Positions 9,409 through 18,766 of a DNA stretch of 64,000 bases are shown here, piece after piece. The notes beneath the pieces were generated by a model, which searched no databases, had not been told where the DNA came from, and was given only the letters and a program-made list of their open reading frames with translations. This stretch comes from an uncultured Bacillota bacterium (GTDB lineage Bacteria > Bacillota_I > Bacilli_A > RFN20 > CAG-288). The position numbers were made by a program, and so were the translations under genes. The stretch spans positions 139,051 to 203,050 of the forward strand of contig CASDVP010000003.1 in the NCBI GenBank assembly GCA_949284445.1, given 5' to 3'. How positions within the stretch are numbered: position 1 is the stretch's first letter; every line of letters starts with the position of its first letter.

Positions 9409-10616
9409 AGTTTGAAGCTAAAAACTGAAGTCTCAACATCGAATTCTTCATTAGAAACCCAAGTGACTGTCAGATCATCTAAATTATATAAAGATGACCA
9501 AACAGTTATGCTGTTACTATCAGATGGCTTAGACGCATCCCAAGTTCTTCTCCCTAAATCTTTTAAAAGATCTAAGGCGCCTTGATATGTGAGATCGCCT
9601 TTAGTATTAGTGCCATCAGGATTGATAGTTTCTTTAATATAGTTATAACGATCTAATCCTTTTTTATCTTGATCATCAGAATAATAATCTGGAGTGACTA
9701 TAAAATTAGTGATGTATTGGAAATTATCTCTCTTTTCATCTGCACCAAGAATTGCATCATCGTCGTTATAGTAGACTTTTAATTCTCTTTTAGAACCATC
9801 TGTATCGGTTTCATCACTTCCATTGACCCATTCTAATATCGCACTCTTGCCGGTTTTATCAGCTACCATATAATGGAATGAAGTGTTGGCTGAGTCATGA
9901 AAATCATATTGCTTTACTAATTCGACAGCATCTTCGACTGAATCAGCATAGTCAAGAATCATTCTTAACATCGTAGTTGAAGTTAAATCCGGTTTATCTG
10001 TGTTTTGATTTGTAGAAACGACCTGTCCTTCCGGTCCTTGATAAGACATGTAAATACCACAGCTGACACCAGCATCATTCATGCCATCAAGAGGGACGAA
10101 TGGGGCTGCTAAAGCGATTGCTTTTTGTAAGAAAGAATCGATCTCTCCTGTGATGCCTAAGAATTGTAAATCGACCGAAGAAATAGACTTATGTCTGCCA
10201 TTTCCTGGATCAGTATGCAAGATCATAGAAGTAGTGGTGGAAAAATCATAATTTCGAGCGAAGAGATGTTTGCCATTCTCATCGATCGCTGTGAATGAAG
10301 AACATCCGATGGTAGGAGCATCCAAAGAAATAGGAATAATTCCTTTAGTCAGATTACCAACGATAAAATCGATGAGTTCTTGATCGCTAGACGCACCGCC
10401 TTGTTTGATGAAATCATCAAAATAATATCCGCCTTTCATTGTCATTTCATAGACAGGACCAGATTTATTTTCTTCTTTTGCATCAACAATTTTTCTGATG
10501 GATGTGATAGAAGCGATCTCATTATGCCACAGTGCGGCTACAGTGATTCCTAATCCAGCGACGATGACGACGACTGCAGAAACGGCACCGATAACAATCT
10601 TTTTCCAAAGTTTCAT
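9405..10616 (-). CDS. Membrane-anchored Ntn-hydrolase, choloylglycine hydrolase/penicillin V acylase family (linear amide C-N hydrolase) with an N-terminal pro-region
   Basis: N-terminal TM anchor (MKLWKKIVIGAVSAVVVIVAGLGITVAAL). Internal Cys nucleophile in context IGCSSFTAIDENGKHLFARNYDF, resembling the CSS N-terminus of penicillin V acylase. Start at ATG 10616 with a GAGGT RBS. Confidence 0.55.
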   Translation of the reverse strand: MKLWKKIVIGAVSAVVVIVAGLGITVAALWHNEIASITSIRKIVDAKEENKSGPVYEMTMKGGYYFDDFIKQGGASSDQELIDFIVGNLTKGIIPISLDAPTIGCSSFTAIDENGKHLFARNYDFSTTTSMILHTDPGNGRHKSISSVDLQFLGITGEIDSFLQKAIALAAPFVPLDGMNDAGVSCGIYMSYQGPEGQVVSTNQNTDKPDLTSTTMLRMILDYADSVEDAVELVKQYDFHDSANTSFHYMVADKTGKSAILEWVNGSDETDTDGSKRELKVYYNDDDAILGADEKRDNFQYITNFIVTPDYYSDDQDKKGLDRYNYIKETINPDGTNTKGDLTYQGALDLLKDLGRRTWDASKPSDSNSITVWSSLYNLDDLTVTWVSNEEFDVETSVFSFKL

Positions 10617-10759
10617 ATTATTTACCTCACAGAAGTTAGGATAATAAACGATTGAATTTATGCAACATTTAACCGCTTCCATAGAAAGAAAAAGATGAGG
10701 AATTCAGATAAATAGAATATACTATTCTAGATTTCATTTAAGACCGAGGAGAATTTCAT

Positions 10760-11236
10760 ATGGAGTTTAATAATATCTCTTGGGATGAGTACTTCATGTC
10801 CATTGCTATCCTTTCTTCTATGCGCAGCAAAGATCCGAATACCAAAGTCGGTGCTTGTATTGTTTCTACTGAACATAAAGTTCTTTCTTTAGGCTATAAC
10901 GGCATGCCAACAGGGATTGATGATAGAAAGATCCCTTGGGAGAGAGAATCTAAAACATCATCGATATTAGACACCAAATATCCATATGTTTGTCATGCAG
11001 AATTAAACGCTATCTTAAATTCTAATCACAACCTTCAAGACTCCATTCTTTATGTGACTTTATTTCCTTGCAATGAATGTACAAAAGCCTGCATACAAGC
11101 CGGCATCAAAAAAATCATTTATATCTCTGATAAATACCACGATAGCGAAGAAGAGATCGCTGCTAGAAAGATGTTAGATATGGCTCAAATTCCATATGAG
11201 CAATATAAAGGTAGACTACCTGAGATCAAGTTCTAA
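10760..11236 (+). CDS. comEB: dCMP deaminase (ComEB-type cytidine/deoxycytidylate deaminase)
   Basis: Zinc-binding motifs HAELNAIL and PCNECTKACIQAGIKKIIY. About 158 aa. Confidence 0.8.
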   Translation: MEFNNISWDEYFMSIAILSSMRSKDPNTKVGACIVSTEHKVLSLGYNGMPTGIDDRKIPWERESKTSSILDTKYPYVCHAELNAILNSNHNLQDSILYVTLFPCNECTKACIQAGIKKIIYISDKYHDSEEEIAARKMLDMAQIPYEQYKGRLPEIKF

Positions 11237-11238
11237 AT

Positions 11239-11493
11239 ATGAAATTTGAAAATCATACACGCTTTCCTTTTAAAAGATGCATCATCGCGTCAATTGTGAT
11301 CTTATTATGCTATTTGATGGTGCTGATACTACCGTATAGCATCATCTATACCAGTGTTCATGACAAAAATAATCTTCCTAAATATTCCTTTATCATTCTC
11401 ATCTGCTGGATATCATTAACCATAGCATCAATCATAGCTTATTGGATATACCAACTGATCAAATATTTAAAAATTAGAAAAGATGAAAAATAA
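11239..11493 (+). CDS. Small membrane protein, hypothetical
   Basis: 84 aa with two hydrophobic helices, tightly packed between comEB and ecfA1. Confidence 0.35.
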   Translation: MKFENHTRFPFKRCIIASIVILLCYLMVLILPYSIIYTSVHDKNNLPKYSFIILICWISLTIASIIAYWIYQLIKYLKIRKDEK

Positions 11494-12355
11494 AGCCAAA
11501 TTATCTGAACTCTTAAAAAAAGAAAAAAATATTCCTGAAGATTCAGCAGTCTTCTTAAAAGATCTAACTTTTTCCTATGAAAAGAATCATCCGACATTAA
11601 AGAAGATCAATCTTGATATCAAAAAAGGTCAAGTGGTAGCCTTCATCGGACATAACGGCTCAGGAAAATCGACATTGGCCAAATTGATCGATGGCATTTT
11701 GATTCAAGATAGCGGTGATATCGCTATCTTTCAAACGATCATGAACGATAGCAATGCGCTTCTATTAAGAGATCACATCGGACTAGTTTTTCAAAACCCG
11801 GATAGTCAATTCATCGGAGCGACTGTCGAAGATGACATCGCTTTTGGCTTAGAGAATCAGAACACTCCTCAGTCTGAGATGCAGAAACGTGTTCTGGAAT
11901 GTGCAAAATTAGTAGGGATGGAAGATTATTTGAAGAGTGAACCTGCTAATCTTTCCGGAGGTCAAAAACAAAGAGTTGCAATAGCAGGAGCGATCGCAAG
12001 AAAACCAGATATCCTCATATTGGATGAGGCTGGCGCCATGCTTGATCCAAAAGGTAAAATCGCTATTAGGAATATCATTCGTAAAGAAAAAGAATTAAAT
12101 CCAGACTTAACTATTATTTTAATTACTCATGAACTCGAAGAAGCATATGATGCAGATACTGTAGTAGTTCTTTCAGGCGGTCAGATTTTACTAGTCGATA
12201 CACCAGAAAAAGTGTTTTCTAATGACGAGCTGTTAAAAAACATCGGTTTAGATATTCCATTCGCACACAAACTAAGAAAATCTTTGATCTCTTTAGGTGT
12301 CGATGTTCCTGAAGTCAATAATGAAGAGGAGTTATTAAATTTTCTATGCCGATAA
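11483..12355 (+). CDS. ecfA1: ECF transporter energy-coupling ATPase EcfA1
   Basis: Walker A GHNGSGKST, ABC signature LSGGQKQRV, Walker B ILILDE. First of a conserved ecfA-ecfA-ecfT-truA array. Confidence 0.85.
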   Translation: MKNKAKLSELLKKEKNIPEDSAVFLKDLTFSYEKNHPTLKKINLDIKKGQVVAFIGHNGSGKSTLAKLIDGILIQDSGDIAIFQTIMNDSNALLLRDHIGLVFQNPDSQFIGATVEDDIAFGLENQNTPQSEMQKRVLECAKLVGMEDYLKSEPANLSGGQKQRVAIAGAIARKPDILILDEAGAMLDPKGKIAIRNIIRKEKELNPDLTIILITHELEEAYDADTVVVLSGGQILLVDTPEKVFSNDELLKNIGLDIPFAHKLRKSLISLGVDVPEVNNEEELLNFLCR

Positions 12356-13263
12356 AAATCGAATATCTTTATCATATCTATGATGAAGGTTTACCCAGTC
12401 AGCAAGTCGCTTTACAAGATATCAATTTCATTTTTGAAGATCACTGTTTCACTGCTTTGATAGGTCAAACAGGTTCTGGAAAATCAACGCTTATCCAACA
12501 TCTCAACGGTTTATTGATCCCGACTTCTGGAAAGATTGATATAAATTCTTATCTCATCGATATCTCTTTGGTTTATAAAGAAAAGAAAGGTCAAAAGATT
12601 ATCGATCAGAAGGCGATGAAGAAAAAAAGAAAAGCTAAATTGAAAGACATTAAGACTTTGAGAAAAAAAGTCGGGATTGTTTTTCAATTTCCAGAATATC
12701 AGTTGTTTGAAGACACTGTCATCAAAGACGTTTCATATGGCCCTAAAAACTTCGGTCTTTCAGACGATGAAGTTTTAGAAGCCTCTAAACACGCCTTAGA
12801 CTTAGTCGGAATAGATAAAAGTTATTATGATAGAACACCATTTGCCTTATCAGGTGGTGAAAAAAGGCGTGTAGCTATAGCTGGTATCATCGCCATGAAA
12901 CCTGATGTGTTAGTCTTAGATGAACCGACTGTCGGTTTAGATGCTAATGGTGAAGAAAAGTTATTAAATCTCATCGAAAATATCCATAAAAGTGGGACTT
13001 CGATAATTTTAGCCACTCATAATATGGATGTGGTTTTAAAATATTGTCAACAAGCGATAGTTTTAGACAAAGGAAAAATAGTCAAGCAATCTACGCCTTT
13101 AGAGCTTTTCCAAGATCAGGAATTCTTAACCCATTCTTCATTAGTGCCACCAAAAGTGTTTTCTTTTGCTTTAAAGCTAAAAGCGCATGGTTTAGACATC
13201 GATTTATCAAAAATCAAAGATGTTGATTCACTAGCATCAGAAATAATGAAGGCGAAGAGATAA
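12346..13263 (+). CDS. ecfA2: ECF transporter energy-coupling ATPase EcfA2
   Basis: Walker A GQTGSGKST, signature LSGGEKRRV, Walker B LVLDEPT. Overlaps ecfA1 by 10 nt. Confidence 0.85.
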   Translation: MPIKIEYLYHIYDEGLPSQQVALQDINFIFEDHCFTALIGQTGSGKSTLIQHLNGLLIPTSGKIDINSYLIDISLVYKEKKGQKIIDQKAMKKKRKAKLKDIKTLRKKVGIVFQFPEYQLFEDTVIKDVSYGPKNFGLSDDEVLEASKHALDLVGIDKSYYDRTPFALSGGEKRRVAIAGIIAMKPDVLVLDEPTVGLDANGEEKLLNLIENIHKSGTSIILATHNMDVVLKYCQQAIVLDKGKIVKQSTPLELFQDQEFLTHSSLVPPKVFSFALKLKAHGLDIDLSKIKDVDSLASEIMKAKR

Positions 13264-13264
13264 C

Positions 13265-14122
13265 ATGACATTGACCATCGGAAAATTCACACCTTTTAAC
13301 ACGATCATTCATCGCTTAGATGCTAGAGTCAAACTGATAGGTCTGATCATCTTTTTAGTCGCTACTTTTTTAAACTACGGAAACGGTTATATGAACTTAG
13401 TGATAAATGGGGGTATCCTAGTTATCATCATCTTCTTATCTATCATCAGCAAAACCAGTTTCTTAAAATTGTTCAAATCTTTAAAGGCGATGTGGATGAT
13501 GATTCTTCTCCTTTTGATCTTGAACATTTTTTTGCCATCTTCATCGACTGGAGACTTCTTCTTTATCGGTGAAGTAAAGATCTATTATCGAACCATCATA
13601 AACGTCAGTTTTATCCTTTTGAGATTGATCATAGTCTTAGGTGAAACGAATATCTTTACTTCTACGACTAAACCTATGGATATGACTTATGCGTTAGAAT
13701 GGTTATTTACTCCCTTAAAATGGATCAAAGTTCCTATACATAAGTTTTCAATGACCATCTCTCTTGCTTTAAGATTCATCCCGACATTGGCTGAAGAATC
13801 TGAAAGGATCATGAAGGCTCAAGCAAGCCGTGGTGTCGATTATAAACAGGGCAAGTTCAAAGATAAGATCAAAGCCATCATCTCTCTTATCATCCCTCTT
13901 TTCATCAGTTCATTGACCACTTCTTCAGAGCTGACTGATGCCATGGAAGCTAGAGGATATAATCCTGATGGTAAAAGAAGCCGTTATAAATTGCAAAAAT
14001 GGTCACTGAAAGATACGATTGGAACTTTGATTTTAGCTATCATATTGACAGCTATGATAATATTAGCTGTCTATCAATTTGATCTGTTTGCTCATTTAGG
14101 AGTTTCATTACCAAAACTATGA
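13265..14122 (+). CDS. ecfT: ECF transporter transmembrane component EcfT
   Basis: Polytopic membrane protein with the CbiQ/EcfT pattern (MEARGY... near the C-terminus). Sits immediately after the two EcfA genes. Confidence 0.75.
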   Translation: MTLTIGKFTPFNTIIHRLDARVKLIGLIIFLVATFLNYGNGYMNLVINGGILVIIIFLSIISKTSFLKLFKSLKAMWMMILLLLILNIFLPSSSTGDFFFIGEVKIYYRTIINVSFILLRLIIVLGETNIFTSTTKPMDMTYALEWLFTPLKWIKVPIHKFSMTISLALRFIPTLAEESERIMKAQASRGVDYKQGKFKDKIKAIISLIIPLFISSLTTSSELTDAMEARGYNPDGKRSRYKLQKWSLKDTIGTLILAIILTAMIILAVYQFDLFAHLGVSLPKL

Positions 14123-14907
14123 ACATTTTTATTCGCTTTGCCTTCTCAGGTTTAAATTATTACGGCACTCAAATCCAACCTGATAAACCGACGATTCAAG
14201 GTGTATTAGAAGACACTTTGTCGCGAATTTATAATGAAAAGATCAGATCGACAATCTCATCAAGGTTAGATAAAGGTGTCTCAGCCTTAGACTTTGCGAT
14301 CAATTTTCAAGCTCCAGATAGAGACTTCAGCTTGAATTATCTCGCATATTATTTAAAAAGAAGTCTTCCTAATGATATCTTTATCAAAGAAGTCAGAGAA
14401 GTGAGTGATGACTTTTCAAGCCGCTATGACGTCAAATATAAAATCTATACTTATCTGATTCAAGCAGGTGAAAGAAGAAATCCGCTTCTCGCTCATCTGA
14501 CATATCAGCCAGTGAAAGCCCTAGATGCTGATAAATTAAAAGAATCATTAAAACTTTTTGAAGGCAAACATGATTTTCGCTATTTTTCTAAGCCTGAAAA
14601 GGAAGATGAATCTACGATTCTTACAATAGATAGAACATCTCTTCATAATAAAAACGGTATCTTTTATATCTCATTTAAAGGAAAAAGCTTTTTGAGATAT
14701 CAGATACGTTTCTTAGTAGGTGCCTGTTTGAGATATGAACAAAATCGTTTATCTTTAGACACTATCAAAAAACTCTTAAATGGTGAGAATGTCCCATATC
14801 AAAAATTAAAAGCCGAGCCACAAGCTTTGATATTGAATAAACTTTATTATCCTAAAATCGATAAAAGGCAAAAAATTGATGAGCCTTTAGTCAATTTAAG
14901 TTTATAA
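14119..14907 (+). CDS. truA: tRNA pseudouridine(38-40) synthase TruA
   Basis: N-terminal FSGLNYYGTQIQPDKPTIQGVLEDTL matches the TruA YDGT.Y.G.Q.Q motif region. Its position after ecfT is conserved in Firmicutes. Confidence 0.7.
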   Translation: MNIFIRFAFSGLNYYGTQIQPDKPTIQGVLEDTLSRIYNEKIRSTISSRLDKGVSALDFAINFQAPDRDFSLNYLAYYLKRSLPNDIFIKEVREVSDDFSSRYDVKYKIYTYLIQAGERRNPLLAHLTYQPVKALDADKLKESLKLFEGKHDFRYFSKPEKEDESTILTIDRTSLHNKNGIFYISFKGKSFLRYQIRFLVGACLRYEQNRLSLDTIKKLLNGENVPYQKLKAEPQALILNKLYYPKIDKRQKIDEPLVNLSL

Positions 14908-14944
14908 AATGCTATAATTTTAATGTTTAACATCTGATCGGAAT

Positions 14945-15646
14945 ATGAATAAGAAAGAAACTTTTATTGCTGTAGTAAAGAAATATTTTCGCAAAGATGA
15001 AGTATTTCTCATACCGAATGTCCTCTGTTATCTAAGAGTGATTCTCATCATCATTTTCTTATGCTTATATTTGAATCCTTTTTCGATAGCTGGTAATGTT
15101 CTTGCTCATATATATTTAGCGGCTGCGGTGATGGTTTTAGCAGCATATACAGATTTTTTAGATGGCTTGATCGCTAGAAAGTTTAACCAGGTCTCACAAT
15201 TAGGAAAGATCATCGATCCGATCGCTGATAAATTATTACAGCTATCAGTAGCTATCGGAATATGTTATCAGCTCTATAGTTTCCCGATCGTGTTCGTGAT
15301 GCTCAGCTTCTTTATCTTTAAAGAATTCGTCTTGTTCATTCAAAACATCATCTTAGCACAACATAATAAATCCTTCGGTTCTGCTCACTGGTATGGTAAA
15401 GTATCCACTTTTATCTTCTATGTCATCTTATGCGTTTTATTAGTCGCTTCTCCTTTTATCATCCAGGCCTATGGAATGGATTCTCCCACTACTAATATCA
15501 TCATCAATTCACTTTGTGGGTTTGTTTTAATAGCTCTATTTTTTTCATTTATCATGTACAATATTTTATTCGCAAAAATTTTACGTCATGGACCCGATGA
15601 AGTCGATTTGAGCGAAGTCAAGAATGGAGGTGAAAAAGATGATTAA
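14945..15646 (+). CDS. pgsA: CDP-alcohol phosphatidyltransferase (PgsA-like)
   Basis: Catalytic motif DFLDGLIARKFNQVSQLGKIIDPIADK (D-G-x-x-A-R ... G ... D-x-x-x-D). Multiple TM helices. Confidence 0.65.
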   Translation: MNKKETFIAVVKKYFRKDEVFLIPNVLCYLRVILIIIFLCLYLNPFSIAGNVLAHIYLAAAVMVLAAYTDFLDGLIARKFNQVSQLGKIIDPIADKLLQLSVAIGICYQLYSFPIVFVMLSFFIFKEFVLFIQNIILAQHNKSFGSAHWYGKVSTFIFYVILCVLLVASPFIIQAYGMDSPTTNIIINSLCGFVLIALFFSFIMYNILFAKILRHGPDEVDLSEVKNGGEKDD

Positions 15647-16055
15647 AATATACTCTTCTCCGAGCTGTTCAAGCTGTAGAAAAGTCAAAGCGTGGTTTAA
15701 ATCTCAACAGATTCCCTTTGTTGAAATAAATATCTTAAAACATGAAATATCTGAAGAAGAGCTCAAAGATATGCTCAACAAATCTTTAGACGGAACTGAC
15801 GATATCGTCTCTAAAAGAAGCAAAATTATCAAAGACTTGAACGTCGATATCGATTCGATGTCTATCCATGAATTATGTGAGTTTATCAAAGCGAATCCAT
15901 CGGTGCTAAAAAGACCGATCATAGTCGACGATAGCAAGATACAAGTCGGATATAATTCTGATGAGATCGAGATCTTCGAACGAGCTAAAAAAGTTGCTGA
16001 AGAAGCTTGTAAAAATTGTGTCGATTACTCAAAATGTGATCATTGCTTCAAATAA
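15638..16055 (+). CDS. Spx/ArsC-family redox-sensing regulator homologue with an extra C-terminal Cys4 tail
   Basis: MIKIYSSPSCSSCRKVKAWF...RPIIVDD..QVGYN aligns along its length with Spx, including the N-terminal CxxC. The C-terminus adds CKNCVDYSKCDHCFK. GGAGGTG RBS before ATG 15638. Confidence 0.7.
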
Positions 16056-16062
16056 AATAAAA

Positions 16063-16105
16063 AGTGTCTGCTACCATCAAAGGATGATGAACAGACACTT
16101 TTTTC
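16063..16105. terminator. Bidirectional intrinsic terminator between the spx-like and CYTH genes
   Basis: AGTGTCTG...CAGACACT stem followed by TTTTTT on the plus strand, with an A-run on the other side. Confidence 0.6.
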
Positions 16106-16693
16106 TTACTTATTTAAATCAGTAGCAGCGTTGATGGCTCTAGTTTCTTTTGAAAGTGTATTCAAGACGAATGGAATATCAAATTTTTGACAGATCTCTT
16201 CGAGAGTTCTTTCTGATTTAGCAGCAGAATCAGAATCGCATTCCAATTCATAATCGACTCGTCCAGAATAAGTGTTTTTAGAGATATCAACAATCGTATC
16301 TTTGTATTCAGTCTCTTTTCTTTCTGTGGTCAAATGCGCCAATATATGAAGATCGCTCGGCTTGATATGCAAAACATCAAGGAAATCAAAGATTTCTCCT
16401 TTTGGGAAAATGTTTTCATGGAATAAAGCCTCGAATTCAGCATCAGTCAAGCGCTGGTTCTTTTCTAATAAACCTTCAGCAAGAGGAGCTTTCATCGTCA
16501 ATGTATAATTCTCGCCGACATGTCTGATTCTCAAAATCATGCCGTATTTCTTTAAAATGCGATCATTAGAATCTAAATAGTAATTAGTTTGAACAACCGT
16601 TTGTTTTTCAACTGGAAAAGCTTTTAATAACTTTTCATAATCATCATTAGAGACTAAGACCTTCGCCTCGATTTCAATATTGTTTGTAGCCAT
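16106..16693 (-). CDS. CYTH-domain protein (CyaB/ThTPase-like triphosphate tunnel metalloenzyme)
   Basis: N-terminal EIEAKVLV motif (ExExK) typical of CYTH. About 195 aa. Start set at the internal ATG (MATNN) preceded by AGGAGAG, not at the far-upstream track start. Confidence 0.6.
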   Translation of the reverse strand: MATNNIEIEAKVLVSNDDYEKLLKAFPVEKQTVVQTNYYLDSNDRILKKYGMILRIRHVGENYTLTMKAPLAEGLLEKNQRLTDAEFEALFHENIFPKGEIFDFLDVLHIKPSDLHILAHLTTERKETEYKDTIVDISKNTYSGRVDYELECDSDSAAKSERTLEEICQKFDIPFVLNTLSKETRAINAATDLNK

Positions 16694-16758
16694 AAATTCT
16701 CTCTCCTTAACTGTAATTATGATACAATAACAACGTTGAAAGATAAAGAAAATAAACA

Positions 16759-17538
16759 ATGGAACCATGCACATTTGTCATTTGTTCGCATCAAAAAGAG
16801 AGCAACGAAAAAGCGATCGACTATCTCTATAGACGCCTGATAGATGCTTCTTTTAAATTGGATGAAAACAATCCGAATCTGATAATCGTATTAGGCGGAG
16901 ATGGTTCCTTTTTACATGCCATTCACGATTATGATTTCATCGGCAATTTTCTTCTGATCAACACCGGTCATCTCGGTTTCTTTTCCGATTATGAATTAAA
17001 AGATCTTGAAGAATGCGTAAATGATATCATCAACAAAGAAGATACTTATGAAAAACTACCGCTTTTCAATGCATATTATCTGAATAAAAATCATCTTTTC
17101 TTGAGCGATTTCACCCTTTTATCTGAAAAAACCACTGAGCTGAATCTCTTTATCGATAATCAATATCTGACGAAATCTCGCTGCTCCGGTATAGTCATCG
17201 CTTCTCCGATCGGATCGACTGGTTTCATCAACAGTTTGAATTCACCAGTGATCTTTAGAAGTGATATGGGTATCTATCAGTATTCGTTACTAGCGCCAGT
17301 CTTCAATCGTCTCTATCCTAATTCGATCAATAGAGGTATCCTTTCTCAAAACCAAAACTTGTTCATCAATGTCAATGATGGAAGAAACAGCTGTATTTTA
17401 GACGGTATCAAATATGATGTTAACTTTGATGGTGAAATAACTATCTCATCAAGCGAAAGAAATTTATCTCTCATCCACTTTAAGGATAGTGATAATCTTT
17501 TACGGATCAGCAAAGCTATCAATCTAAAGGAGGAATAA
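16759..17538 (+). CDS. nadK: NAD(+) kinase
   Basis: GGDGSFLHA motif and NTGHLGFF. Divergent from the CYTH gene, echoing the yjbK...ppnK neighbourhood of Bacillus. Confidence 0.75.
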   Translation: MEPCTFVICSHQKESNEKAIDYLYRRLIDASFKLDENNPNLIIVLGGDGSFLHAIHDYDFIGNFLLINTGHLGFFSDYELKDLEECVNDIINKEDTYEKLPLFNAYYLNKNHLFLSDFTLLSEKTTELNLFIDNQYLTKSRCSGIVIASPIGSTGFINSLNSPVIFRSDMGIYQYSLLAPVFNRLYPNSINRGILSQNQNLFINVNDGRNSCILDGIKYDVNFDGEITISSSERNLSLIHFKDSDNLLRISKAINLKEE

Positions 17539-17540
17539 AC

Positions 17541-17912
17541 ATGCCGACCACATATATCATTCTGATTGTTATTATCGCTGTTATTGCCGTGATTCTAGTG
17601 ATCCTCTCCATCTATCTCATCCATAAGAAAAAAATCGCTGATTCCAATCGCAAAGCTGATGAGATTGTTCAATCTTCAGCAATCAAAGTCTCCGATAAAT
17701 TCGGTGGTCGCGATAATATTGTTCAGATCAGCTCTAAAGGTTCAAGAGTGACTGTCTTAGTCAAAGATCCGACTATCGTTGATAAAGAGAGCATCAGTTC
17801 GATACTGGAACAAGTGATGTTTATGGGCGATAAAGTCGTCTTTGTCATCGGTTCAAAAAGCGAATACTTCAAAGAATTACTAGAAGAAAACGTCGATAAA
17901 AAAGTTGACTGA
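17541..17912 (+). CDS. Membrane-anchored protein with a degenerate PTS EIIB(Glc)-like domain lacking the phosphorylatable Cys
   Basis: N-terminal TM helix, then FGGRDNIVQISSKGSRVTVLVKD...DKVVFVIG, paralleling the EIIB consensus GG.ENI...HCATRLR..VKD...V..G.V..IIG with Cys replaced by G/S. Strong RBS AAGGAGGAA. Confidence 0.45.
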   Translation: MPTTYIILIVIIAVIAVILVILSIYLIHKKKIADSNRKADEIVQSSAIKVSDKFGGRDNIVQISSKGSRVTVLVKDPTIVDKESISSILEQVMFMGDKVVFVIGSKSEYFKELLEENVDKKVD

Positions 17913-17975
17913 CCTTGTAATATCACTATCAAAATATTAAAATTTTCTTAACTGAATTTAAGAGAGGAACAAATT

Positions 17976-18089
17976 ATGATTAAACGTTCAAAAGTTTTGC
18001 TCAGTTGGTTCATCATCAGCATGATAATAATCATCGCCTTGATCACTGTCGTTATGATTTTAAAACCTGAATACGTCTCCAATTTCTAA
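17976..18089 (+). CDS. Unannotated small membrane peptide (37 aa)
   Basis: ATG preceded by AGAGAGGAAC. MIKRSKVLLSWFIISMIIIIALITVVMILKPEYVSNF forms a single TM helix. Followed by a strong terminator (AAAGTTGATGC...GCATCAACTTTTTT at about 18115..18170). Below the 60-aa cutoff of the ORF track. Confidence 0.4.
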   Translation: MIKRSKVLLSWFIISMIIIIALITVVMILKPEYVSNF

Positions 18090-18188
18090 TAGTTGAAGCA
18101 AACTGATATAAAAAGAAAAGTTGATGCCAAAGTCTTTCTTGATAGCATCAACTTTTTTATTTTCACAATCTATTTATAACGATAATTA

Positions 18189-18755
18189 TTAGATGAGACC
18201 TAATTCTTCTAAATCAGTAGCAAGCTCATCTTTAGGTAGTCCCATGATAGTATATATACTACCAGAAAGAATCCGAGCATTGATAAAATCTTTATCTTGA
18301 ATCCCATACCCGCCAGCTTTATCGAAAGGAGAACCGGTATCGATATATTCTTCGATCTCTAAATCAGCCATTTTTTCAATGAAGAGAGAAGCGGAGACAA
18401 CCCGTTCTTTTAAAACACTATTGCCTTTAAGAATGCAATAAGCAGTGATGACTGTGTGCTTATTTCCAGAAAGAGTTCTCAGCATCTCTAAAGCCTCTTT
18501 CCTATCCTTTGGTTTGCCCAATTCTTGATTGTGATACAAAACCATCGTATCGGATGCAATGACATAATCATCACGATTTAAATGAGAGATATCCAAGGCT
18601 TTCGCTAAGGCTTCTCTAATACATAATTGATAACAATTATTATCTTCGATGCTTCTTTCATCAAAAGAAGATGGACAGCATTTAAAAGGTACATCTTGTA
18701 AGATTTCAGCTAAAATTTCTTTTCTTCTTGGAGATTGACTTGCTAATATGATCAT
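18189..18755 (-). CDS. maf: Maf-like nucleoside triphosphate pyrophosphatase / septum formation protein
   Basis: N-terminal ILASQSPRRKEIL signature. 188 aa. Confidence 0.8.
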   Translation of the reverse strand: MIILASQSPRRKEILAEILQDVPFKCCPSSFDERSIEDNNCYQLCIREALAKALDISHLNRDDYVIASDTMVLYHNQELGKPKDRKEALEMLRTLSGNKHTVITAYCILKGNSVLKERVVSASLFIEKMADLEIEEYIDTGSPFDKAGGYGIQDKDFINARILSGSIYTIMGLPKDELATDLEELGLI

Positions 18756-18766
18756 TTTAATCTCTC

